From: Oceanispirochaeta sp.
Lineage (GTDB): Bacteria; Spirochaetota; Spirochaetia; DSM-2461
Assembly: GCA_963666275.2 (NCBI GenBank)
Contig: CAXXOA010000003.1
Coordinates: forward strand, 192,001-256,000
Reading direction: 5' to 3'
Length of the DNA: 64,000 nucleotides
The position numbers were made by a program, and so were the translations under genes. A model generated the notes under the pieces. That model was given only the letters and a program-made list of their open reading frames with translations, made no database searches and was not told the origin of the DNA. Below are positions 9,766 to 17,652 of this stretch, piece by piece. Each line of letters opens with the position of its first letter. Within the stretch, counting starts at the first letter, position 1.

Positions 9766-10113
9766 TCAGGCAATTTCTGAATATTTCAATGTTTCGTGGG
9801 CTTTCCAGAAGTCTATACCCTTCAGAAGCATAGAGAGTTCTTCAAAGCTGATGGCTTTAGCAGCTTCTTCCGTATCTGGCCAGGGGAAGCGGTGCTTCTC
9901 CAGACGCTTCTGCCAGAGGCAGAAGCCTGTCTGATCCCAGTAAAGGGCTTTCAGAATCCGTCTCTGTTTATTACAGAACATAAAAAGAGAGCCGCAAAAA
10001 GGATCAAGAGACATTTCATCCTGAACTTCTACCGCCAAACCATTAATAGCTTTCCGCATATCGGTAACACCGGGTCGGATAAATATCTTGATTTGAGAGA
10101 AATCCTTAATCAT
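9766..10113 (-). CDS. tnpB: IS66 accessory protein TnpB
   Basis: TDMRKAINGL, YWDQTGFCLWQKRLEK. Confidence 0.95.
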   Translation of the reverse strand: MIKDFSQIKIFIRPGVTDMRKAINGLAVEVQDEMSLDPFCGSLFMFCNKQRRILKALYWDQTGFCLWQKRLEKHRFPWPDTEEAAKAISFEELSMLLKGIDFWKAHETLKYSEIA

Positions 10114-10408
10114 TGCACTGTACCAGGGTCTGAAGCAGTTTTTTCAATGTGATTGTATCAAAGTTCCGATCCAGTTTTATCCGGTAGGCATTCCATTGTA
10201 ACTCAATGGATGAGCCTTTGACTGTTTCCTTGGGCAATTTAACAGGAACTTCAACCAAGGATGGAGTTTTACGGTCATACCGCTTTTGCCATCCGTGGAA
10301 AGTCGTTGTTTTCAGTTTTTTATCCCGGCAGAACTGACTTACAGATTTTCCGGACTGTTTCCACTCTGCCAAAAGAGCGTAGCGCTGATCCATTGTGTAT
10401 TGTTTCAT
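10106..10408 (-). CDS. tnpA: IS66 accessory protein TnpA
   Basis: WKQSGKSVSQFCR...TFHGW pattern, first gene of the element. Confidence 0.88.
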   Translation of the reverse strand: MKQYTMDQRYALLAEWKQSGKSVSQFCRDKKLKTTTFHGWQKRYDRKTPSLVEVPVKLPKETVKGSSIELQWNAYRIKLDRNFDTITLKKLLQTLVQCND

Positions 10409-10880
10409 AGTAATTCTCCTGATGGAGATTGTACCGGGATGACTTGGAGATTTTTAGATGCGGTTTATTTGACGCTTACACTAAACTGATCGATTATATC
10501 CTGAGCACTATTATTTTGAGTATAACCAATCTGATAATCTGTATTTTCACCATTAAATTTTCGAAAACGTGGACCATATCCTGCTCTCATCCAGATACCA
10601 TCATCTGAAAACTGTTTTAAATTATTGCAATAGTAAGAGCTCATTTCAATGTCATTTCTACCAGCAGCTAGCCATAGAGACTCTGCAAATGGTAGATATT
10701 TATTCCATTCTCTTTCGGGTACAGTAATGATTCTTGCACAAGGATTTGATATTTGTACAATGATAGGTTCAGGTAATTCGTAACAAACTTTCCCACGAGT
10801 CGCTCGCTTTACACCTTCTTTCAGAAGAACTGCTGACATTTTTACAAGAAACTCATTTAAACTATCGTATTTAAATTTTG

Positions 10881-11861
10881 TTACATCCATTCGTTCACCT
10901 GGGGATAGTTAAGATTCCATTTTGGTGGAAAAAATAAATCTATCTTTGTTTGATTTATTTTAAATTTCTGTTTAATTCTTTTATTACCTACAGATAATTC
11001 TGGTAATTTTACTCGAAGGAATTTATCTGTTTCACAAAAACAATTTTGAAGATCAATGAGAGTAGGTTCTCTTCCAAATAAATTATTAAAATAATAGCCA
11101 TACTTTTCTCTATATTTTTCAATATTATCAGCTGTGTAACGAATTGCATCCTCGTAACTATAACCATCAAGATCAGAAAAGCACTTCTTTATACCACGGA
11201 TTGCACCAATTCCAGCTTTTACAAATGAATTCTCATCAAAATCAAATACATCAGAATAATTGAGGTCAATTGCGTATTGGTATGCTAAAAATGGACCTAT
11301 AAATGAACACTTAATAAGTATTTCGTACAGCTCTTTTAATGTTTTACACTTTAGCATCTTGTTAATTACTGGTGTATCAATAATTTCTGTTTTAAGCATT
11401 TGAAGCCATTTCTCATGCTTATAAAAATACCCTTTAGTATAGTTTCGGTGTGTACCTGTCATCAAATATGCTGCACTGAATATTGGACGATTCTTAATCC
11501 TTTCACTCAGGATATTCGATATTTCAGTAATATTGAAATTCTGAGTTGTGATAAATCCTAAATTATGCTCAATAAATTCCCAAGTATCGATTCTGTTGAA
11601 AATTTTAAAAAGAAGAATACGTAGAATTGTATCTTGAGCAGAAAAGTTACCCTTAGGAGAATAAATTACTTGGCGAACAAGATATTGACTAACCCGATCG
11701 CAAACACGATATACATTTGTAAATTTATACTCTGATAAAATGGGATCTGTAGTCAGATTGTTAAATTGATTGCAGGTTTCATTGTATCTATGCCAGAATA
11801 TATTCATTCGTTCTTGCATGAAATAAAAATAGTATTGAAATGCTTCATCACGAATCTTCAT
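10881..11861 (-). CDS. aGPT-Pplase1 / 5-hmdU DNA kinase helical-domain family protein (HhH-glycosylase-like base hypermodification protein)
   Basis: F..ER..IF..R, DPIL.EYKFTNVYR..DRVSQYL, FKIFNRIDTW, IGPFLAYQYAIDLNYS, AG.GA.RG, LIDLQNCFCETDK motifs. ATG at 11861 with AGGA upstream. Confidence 0.85.
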   Translation of the reverse strand: MKIRDEAFQYYFYFMQERMNIFWHRYNETCNQFNNLTTDPILSEYKFTNVYRVCDRVSQYLVRQVIYSPKGNFSAQDTILRILLFKIFNRIDTWEFIEHNLGFITTQNFNITEISNILSERIKNRPIFSAAYLMTGTHRNYTKGYFYKHEKWLQMLKTEIIDTPVINKMLKCKTLKELYEILIKCSFIGPFLAYQYAIDLNYSDVFDFDENSFVKAGIGAIRGIKKCFSDLDGYSYEDAIRYTADNIEKYREKYGYYFNNLFGREPTLIDLQNCFCETDKFLRVKLPELSVGNKRIKQKFKINQTKIDLFFPPKWNLNYPQVNEWM

Positions 11862-11936
11862 TGTCTTTCCTAAAATACTTTTGTATTTGTAACCTGATGT
11901 TTTAACTTTTCTCAATCTTTACGATATCAAATATAT

Positions 11937-12110
11937 ACATAACTATCTGATCACCTGCGGCCCGGCCTGGCCGAAGGACAGGTATTGGCGTTCTTCTTGC
12001 CAACATGGTAAAACATCTTTACCATATTGAGAAGCGATTATTTACTATTGAGTGGGAATATCAGCAAGAAGTATGACAATAGGGGTGACTGGTGCATCAG
12101 CATGTTATGT
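11937..12110 (-). other. Integron attC recombination site (174 bp)
   Basis: Minus strand: R'' ACATAAC, 5 nt spacer, L'' GATGCACC (one extra base) ... L' GGTGATC, 5 nt spacer, R' GTTATGT. Interior forms a long imperfect hairpin (TATTGGCGTTCTTCTTGC with GCAAGAAGTATGACAATA). Confidence 0.78.
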
Positions 12111-12196
12111 GAGCTTCCTTGGAGCAATTTTGCCCTAGATTCATATTTAATATTAATATTTACATTGTTTTCTATTGATCAACAGAGGACTGATTT

Positions 12197-12487
12197 ATGA
12201 AGAATAAGATAAAGATCTTCTTTTTAAAAATATTTCTTTACATGATCGGCATTTATGATTTCATGATGCTTCTATATGCGCTAGCAGTTATATTTCTAGG
12301 TGGGAATGGTATTACAGGGCTAAACAACATGCTCATAAAAACAGGGGGCAGTTATCGAGGTGTTGACCATTCTGTTGGTGCTGTAGTCATTGTTACTTTA
12401 ATAGTTCAAATTATGCTTATCAAAATAATTATTAGTAAAATAAAGGAATTAGAAGTTGATGTTAAAAAGGATATTTCTGATAACTAG
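12197..12487 (+). CDS. Small two-TM hypothetical protein (cassette)
   Basis: 96 aa, two hydrophobic helices, GAGGA RBS, AT-rich. Confidence 0.65.
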   Translation: MKNKIKIFFLKIFLYMIGIYDFMMLLYALAVIFLGGNGITGLNNMLIKTGGSYRGVDHSVGAVVIVTLIVQIMLIKIIISKIKELEVDVKKDISDN

Positions 12488-12557
12488 GTTTCTGTCTATT
12501 CATGAATTCCATGATAAGCTTATGTTAACTTAATTTTGTCGGCTAAGGAGTTATTCA

Positions 12558-12836
12558 ATGGTAACTGAATATGACATATCTAACATTCTACCTAGACTCA
12601 TAGGATCACTTAAAGAGATTTATGATCAAGAAATTCAGAATGGAAACACTGTAGTTGAGATTGCTGGAGGATGGCCTATGAAAAGGGTAAATATCTGGTT
12701 TGCAAAACCAATATCCTCTAAATATAAAAAACAGTTTCCTGATCTTATATATAAGTATCTAGGAGATCCAAAAGGAGATCTGGAATACTATATGGATAAA
12801 TTGAACGAAGCATTCATCGCTGCCAAGTTCTCATAA
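12558..12836 (+). CDS. Small hypothetical protein (cassette)
   Basis: 92 aa, strong AAGGAG RBS. No family recognised. Confidence 0.7.
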   Translation: MVTEYDISNILPRLIGSLKEIYDQEIQNGNTVVEIAGGWPMKRVNIWFAKPISSKYKKQFPDLIYKYLGDPKGDLEYYMDKLNEAFIAAKFS

Positions 12837-12879
12837 TGTACGTTCTGTCAATTATTGGTTTATATTAAAGGAAAAAATA

Positions 12880-13098
12880 ATGACACTTTCGGAAAAATTA
12901 CAAATTGTATTCTTTTCACTATTGCTATTAAATTTTTTTGTTGTTTTTATTAAGCATTGGAAAAAATCAATAAATAATATTTATGACATCAGAAATCAGC
13001 AAATTAGGCCTATAAAAAGCAATATTAAAATGCCGTCATTGAAAATTACTGTAATCCTTTTAATCATAAATTTTATATTACTAGTTATCAGATTTTAA
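12880..13098 (+). CDS. Small two-TM hypothetical protein (cassette)
   Basis: 72 aa, hydrophobic ends, AAGGA RBS. Confidence 0.55.
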   Translation: MTLSEKLQIVFFSLLLLNFFVVFIKHWKKSINNIYDIRNQQIRPIKSNIKMPSLKITVILLIINFILLVIRF

Positions 13099-13215
13099 TT
13101 TAGGGGAAATACTTAACATTGTCCCCATAATCGGTTACCGACAATCACCTATTCTGTCACTTTAGAATTTTTAAATTAACAAATTTATACTGAAAACTAC
13201 AAAAATTTTGAGTCC

Positions 13216-13272
13216 ACATAACATTACTTATTATCCTGTTCAGTATAATTATCCCGTCTATGCAGTGATAAC
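13216..13272 (-). other. Putative attI-like end of the cassette array (continues at 15603-15680 beyond IS66 A2)
   Basis: Minus-strand core GTTATGTG at 13222-13215 is complementary to R'' of the attC at 12104-12111. No attC hairpin is evident on its right; instead repeated TTAT...ATAA motifs. Confidence 0.55.
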
Positions 13273-13285
13273 GTAACCGTCAAAA

Positions 13286-14827
13286 CTACAGGCCCTTGAA
13301 AGCCCTTTTCTGAATAGCTTCCCGGTCACAGTTCCAGGGAAGCAGTTTTTCTTTGTCAAAATCATCTTCCATGACTGCGACCTGATCGAATATCCACCAT
13401 AGATATCCATAGGGATTCAGATCATTCACTTTCGCCGTCTCAATCAAAGAGTAAAAGAGACTACTGGATTTAGCACCCCTCGGAGATCCGGAGAACAGCC
13501 AGTTTTTCCGACCAACCACAAAAGGTTTAATCGCCCGTTCAGCGGCATTGTTATCCGGCGTCAGGTAGGGAGACTCAATAAAACGGACGATTTTCTCCCA
13601 CTGGCCCAAGATATAGGCTATCGCTTTTCCCGTCGCCGTAGACGGCCTAACCTTTTCAGCCTTGTCATCCAGCCAGGATTTGAGGTCATCCAGAAGCGGC
13701 TGAACCAGCTCTTTTCTCCTGTTCAAGAACTTCATATCATCCAAATGCTCATCCCGGAGATTACTTTCAATCCGGTAAATATCTCTGATTTTCTTTACAG
13801 CAATTTGAGCGCTTCCGGCTTTCTTTGAAGCCTTCGCGGCATCTACAAATTTCCGACGGGCATGTGCCAGACAACCGACATGAATGATATCTTCGTTGCC
13901 GTCCAGTGCCGTTTCATAAGCCTGATAGCCGTCAGTCTGGAGATATCCCGAATATCCCTCCAAAAACGCCTTGGCATGCTGAGAACTTCTTGTTTCATGG
14001 TAGTCGTAGATCACAAGGGGTGAGTCCGGAGGCCCTCCCCGGGCAAGCCACATGTAGGATTTTGAGGTGTCCGGACGGTTTTCTTCTCCCAGAACCTGCA
14101 CTGTGGTTTCATCCATCTGGATAACAGGGCCTTCTTTGATCTTCTTCCTAAACATATCCATAAGGAATTGGAGCCTTTCTGCTGATTTATTTGTCCAATT
14201 GGACATGTCTTGGCGGCTGATATGAGCGCCGATACGCTCAAAGCGCTTCTCCTGCCTGTAAAACGGCAGATGATCACAGAACTTATTCACCAAGATAAAG
14301 GCTAAAAGCCCCGAAGTAACGATACTACCGGGAAGGATGGAAGGAGCCGCCGGGGCTACTCTGAAAACCGGTTTGTCTTCATCACCGGAACCCTCACAGT
14401 TCCGGCAGGCATACTTGTAACGGATATGACGCTCCACGTATATCTGCTCGGGGATATGCTGAAGCCTTTCACTGACAATCTCATCAATCTTATCCAGTTG
14501 ATGCCCGCAGCCGCAGATCTTTTCCTCTTCGGGAATGTCATGGATGATGTCCTCCCGGGGGATGTTGCTGTCCAAAGGCTTTCGTCCTGCCTTTGTTCGG
14601 CTATGTGCGGGAACTGTTATCTGATCATCTGCTGCGAATTCTTCCTCAGAAGGAGCCTCTTCTTCAAACAGTTCCTTCTGGTTAGGATCGATTTTCTCGC
14701 TGGAACGTCCAAACTTGCGATGAAGAGCCAGGCGGAGTTCTTCTGTTAATTGCTCAATCTGACCAGACATACTCTGGATGAGTTCAAGTGCTTTCTCTGG
14801 TGATTTTTGTATCTCCGCCAAGTCCAT
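13286..14827 (-). CDS. tnpC: IS66 transposase TnpC
   Basis: Protein identical to 719-2260. Confidence 0.96.
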   Translation of the reverse strand: MDLAEIQKSPEKALELIQSMSGQIEQLTEELRLALHRKFGRSSEKIDPNQKELFEEEAPSEEEFAADDQITVPAHSRTKAGRKPLDSNIPREDIIHDIPEEEKICGCGHQLDKIDEIVSERLQHIPEQIYVERHIRYKYACRNCEGSGDEDKPVFRVAPAAPSILPGSIVTSGLLAFILVNKFCDHLPFYRQEKRFERIGAHISRQDMSNWTNKSAERLQFLMDMFRKKIKEGPVIQMDETTVQVLGEENRPDTSKSYMWLARGGPPDSPLVIYDYHETRSSQHAKAFLEGYSGYLQTDGYQAYETALDGNEDIIHVGCLAHARRKFVDAAKASKKAGSAQIAVKKIRDIYRIESNLRDEHLDDMKFLNRRKELVQPLLDDLKSWLDDKAEKVRPSTATGKAIAYILGQWEKIVRFIESPYLTPDNNAAERAIKPFVVGRKNWLFSGSPRGAKSSSLFYSLIETAKVNDLNPYGYLWWIFDQVAVMEDDFDKEKLLPWNCDREAIQKRAFKGL

Positions 14828-14868
14828 GAGAAAATTCTAACATGTTTGAATTCCATTGGGAAGATGGT

Positions 14869-15216
14869 TTAGACAATCTCTTCATAACTGAGAGTTTGAT
14901 GAGTATGCCAGAAGTCAATACCTTCCAGGAGCATTTTCAACTGTTCCTGGGATATCTGCCTGGCTTGCTCTTCTGAATCCGGCCAGGGGTATTTTCCTTT
15001 TTCCAGGCGCTTCTGCCAGAGACAGAATCCGTTGCGATCCCAGTAAATGCACTTTATCAGCTTGCGGTCCCGGCTGCAAAAGAGGAAAAGGCAACCGGAA
15101 CCAGGGTTAAGTTCCATTTCCTCCTGGGTGATAATGGATAAACCATTGACCTGTTTCCGCATATCGGTGATACCAGGTCTGACGTAGATTTGAATGCTGG
15201 TAAAATCCGGAATCAT
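14869..15216 (-). CDS. tnpB: IS66 TnpB
   Basis: Identical to 2302-2649. Confidence 0.95.
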   Translation of the reverse strand: MIPDFTSIQIYVRPGITDMRKQVNGLSIITQEEMELNPGSGCLFLFCSRDRKLIKCIYWDRNGFCLWQKRLEKGKYPWPDSEEQARQISQEQLKMLLEGIDFWHTHQTLSYEEIV

Positions 15217-15521
15217 TTTAGGATCTCTTTTAAATCGGCGACAAGACGAATCAGCGAATGAGAATCGTAATCTGATGGAATATTGATCTTATGCCCGGAG
15301 GGGTATTCGATTGAAAATGGGCTTCCTGTAGACGCCTTCAAAACTACTGGAATCCTCACAAGCCCTTTTTCCTTCTCTACTGCTGATTCCTTGCGGATTT
15401 TCATTCTCCAATAGTCGAAGGTTGAAACGGGGATGCTATTCTTCAGGCAGAACTCTGTTCGGTTTAAACTGCTCTTCTCCCATTCATTGATTTTTCGTTT
15501 CCAAATGTCTTTTTTTTCCAT
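15213..15521 (-). CDS. tnpA: IS66 TnpA
   Basis: Identical to 2646-2954. Confidence 0.88.
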   Translation of the reverse strand: MEKKDIWKRKINEWEKSSLNRTEFCLKNSIPVSTFDYWRMKIRKESAVEKEKGLVRIPVVLKASTGSPFSIEYPSGHKINIPSDYDSHSLIRLVADLKEILK

Positions 15522-15955
15522 GCAGTAAATCTCCTTGTAGAAATTGTGCATGGAATTCAGATTACATCGTAGGGCATAAGAAATTGACGGTTACGTGATA
15601 ACTCTAAAAACCACAGTTATCTAGACATTCCCGCAGTATAACCAGGCAAATAAACAAGTTATCCTGAACAGTATAATAAACCCATTACCCCTCAATCACC
15701 TTAACTTTTTATAATTTCCCAATCCCGGCAACCCGAATCAGGAGCAAACCCATCTCCCCAAATAGGGATAGGAGGGGAGCCGCAGGCTGTGTTCGAAAGA
15801 ACACCGGAGCCCCGGATAGCCCGGGCCCCGCAGGGGCATTTGCCTTAAAAAATGTAAGGGATAAATCGGATGATTTCTGCAGGAAGGGGAGAAGGAAAAG
15901 GGGAGGGACAGGTCCGGCCGGATAACTCTGGGGGAGGGAACTCCGGACGGGGGGC

Positions 15956-16007
15956 GGAAAGCTAGTACAGATTGTTTATATAGAGAGTGGTACTCCCGGC
16001 AGAGGAG
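15956..16007 (-). repeat. 52 bp copy of the 3' end of the FG-GAP gene (matches 25825-25876)
   Basis: GGAAAGCTAGTACAGATTGTT(T/C)ATATAGAGAGTGGTACTCCCGGCAGAGGAG, one mismatch. Confidence 0.9.
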
Positions 16008-16223
16008 ATCAGAACTCAAGATCTTTACATGTGTGGGTTCAGTAGAAGATTGGCTGTCTTTATTTGGAATATTATTCGGCTTTAAATTGAGATACAATAT
16101 TTTCCAGGTAAAAAGAAATATTACTTATCAATCTGTTTAGATAACCAAAAAGAACAACAAGAGGTCCTGAAAATATATGAGTATTGCAAAAAATCAATTA
16201 AAGTGGGGTGAAAAAGAAAAAGC

Positions 16224-16253
16224 TTGACAAAAAAGGATAACAAAACTTAAGAT
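16224..16253 (+). promoter_or_regulatory. Putative sigma70 promoter for the dehydrogenase gene
   Basis: TTGACA-18 nt-TAAGAT. The spacer contains GATAACAAAA, also seen at 17550. Confidence 0.5.
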
Positions 16254-16331
16254 GACGTATTATTGTCAATACAAATCATTTTTATACCAGAAAAATTTCT
16301 ACTGTAATGGAGAATCCGGAGGGAGAGTCAT

Positions 16332-17345
16332 ATGAAAAAGTTAAAAGTGGGATCTGTAGGCCTGGGACGCCTGGGTTTACAGCATGCTGAAAATATTGCC
16401 ATGAGACTAAAAAATGCGGAGTTGTATGCTCTTTGTGATTTAAATGAATCGCTTCTGAATGAAACAGCTGACAGGTTAAATGTTCCTCATCGATTCACGA
16501 ATTTTGAAGATATGATCAGACTTGCAGAAATGGATGCTGTTATTATTGTTTCGCCCTCCGGGATGCATACAGGCCAGATCTCATCTGCATTAAAAGCGGG
16601 AAAACATGTTTTTTCCGAAAAACCTCTAGGGGTGACTATAGAAGAGTGCAGGGAGGCTGAAAAGTCAGTAGAGAATCACAAAGAGAAAATCTTCATGCTG
16701 GGATTTATGCGGCGATTTGATGAATCCTATATGTATGCCCATAAAAAAGTGTTTGATGGGGAGATCGGCAGACCGGTTCTTTTCAGGTCCTACAGTCAGG
16801 ATCCTGAGAAGTATATTGACGGTGCCATAAAATTTGCGGCCCACAGCGGAGGGCAATTCCTGGACATGGCCGTTCATGATATAGATCTTGCACGGTGGTT
16901 TCTTAAGTCAGAACCTGAAAGTGTTACAGCTCTGGGAGGGTGTTATGCCCATCAGGAGTTTGGTAAATACAGGGATGGAGACAATGTTTCATGCCTGATG
17001 AAATTTGAGAATCAGGCGATGGTCTTCCTGTTTGCCGGAAGAACTGCTCCCCATGGATACAATGTGGAGACGGAGATTATCGGTACTGAGGGGATACTGA
17101 GAATTGCTTCGGTACCTCAGAGGAACCATGTTGAAATTCTGGATCAGCACGGCGTCCGCAGAGAATGCAGCGACAATTTTATTGAACGCTTCGGTTCCTC
17201 CTATGTTAACGAGCTGCAGGAATTTGTGGATTGCATCATTGAGGACAGAAAACCTGAAGTCACCGTTTATGACGGGACCAGGGTTACGGAAATCGCCTAT
17301 AAGTGCAAGGAAGCTTTTGAAACGGGCAGACAGCTGTTTTTTTAA
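16332..17345 (+). CDS. Gfo/Idh/MocA oxidoreductase, myo-inositol 2-dehydrogenase-like
   Basis: GLGRLG Rossmann motif, KHVFSEKP, GFMRRFD, SGGQFLDMAVHDIDL. Confidence 0.9.
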   Translation: MKKLKVGSVGLGRLGLQHAENIAMRLKNAELYALCDLNESLLNETADRLNVPHRFTNFEDMIRLAEMDAVIIVSPSGMHTGQISSALKAGKHVFSEKPLGVTIEECREAEKSVENHKEKIFMLGFMRRFDESYMYAHKKVFDGEIGRPVLFRSYSQDPEKYIDGAIKFAAHSGGQFLDMAVHDIDLARWFLKSEPESVTALGGCYAHQEFGKYRDGDNVSCLMKFENQAMVFLFAGRTAPHGYNVETEIIGTEGILRIASVPQRNHVEILDQHGVRRECSDNFIERFGSSYVNELQEFVDCIIEDRKPEVTVYDGTRVTEIAYKCKEAFETGRQLFF

Positions 17346-17499
17346 TAACGTCCGTTTAGATCTTTACCATTCCTGAGAAGCTCTACAAGGTGTTGCTGGA
17401 AAAAGGCATGGAAAATTGGGTGACAACGTTATATGAAATCAACCCGGTTTTTAGGTGACCAATAAAAATAATTAAGGAGGTGTATAATTTAAAAATCAA

Positions 17500-17560
17500 T
17501 TGACATGAAAAAAAAATCAGCCATAAAATGTTTTTAGATAACTAAAATAGATAACAAAAT
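17500..17560 (+). promoter_or_regulatory. Putative sigma70 promoter with adjacent palindromic operator for the TTT-ROK-sulfatase operon
   Basis: TTGACA (17500)-18 nt-TAAAAT (17524), then TTTTAG-ATAA-CTAAAA (17532-17547) and a repeat TAGATAACAAAA. Confidence 0.55.
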
Positions 17561-17652
17561 AGAGTGGAAACTGCATTTATCGGCCTAATCAACCGATATT
17601 GCTCATCCAGAGAGGTCTTTGTTAACTGAGAAATTTCCAAAAGGAGTGAGAA

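Larger units (their letters stand above)
8146..10479 (-). mobile_element. IS66-family element B (2334 bp), distinct from A
   Basis: 17 bp perfect terminal IR GTAAGCGTCAAATAAAC. 8 bp target duplication ACTAAACT (8138-8145, 10480-10487). Confidence 0.97.
7532..10890 (-). pseudogene. Thymidylate-synthase-fold enzyme (probable dUMP hydroxymethylase-like), split by IS66 B; 5' part 10890-10480, 3' part 8137-7532
   Basis: Removing the IS and one target copy gives an in-frame 338 aa ORF: TRG, AESLWLAAGRND, FSDDG...AGYGPRF, DQFSYVIESFKRDAFTRQA, DFPCT (catalytic Cys), HMRSNDFLWGATGIN, YYHITNNLHYY. Confidence 0.9.
13273..15594 (-). mobile_element. IS66-family element, copy A2 (2322 bp), apparently identical to 706-3027
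   Basis: Same IRs, same length, identical proteins. 8 bp target duplication GTGATAAC (13265-13272, 15595-15602). Confidence 0.97.

Noticed and set aside
706..15594. Arrival of the region as one composite transposon
   Set aside because: Each IS66 A copy has its own matching 8 bp duplication and the outer flanks differ (GATATATC vs GTGATAAC).
15738..16097. 119 aa ORF as an integrase remnant or real gene
   Set aside because: No tyrosine recombinase motifs; it crosses the FG-GAP tail duplication and low-complexity GC-rich DNA.
17471..17492. Strong Shine-Dalgarno AAGGAGGT in intergenic DNA
   Set aside because: No suitably spaced start codon with an open frame follows, so a small peptide cannot be supported.
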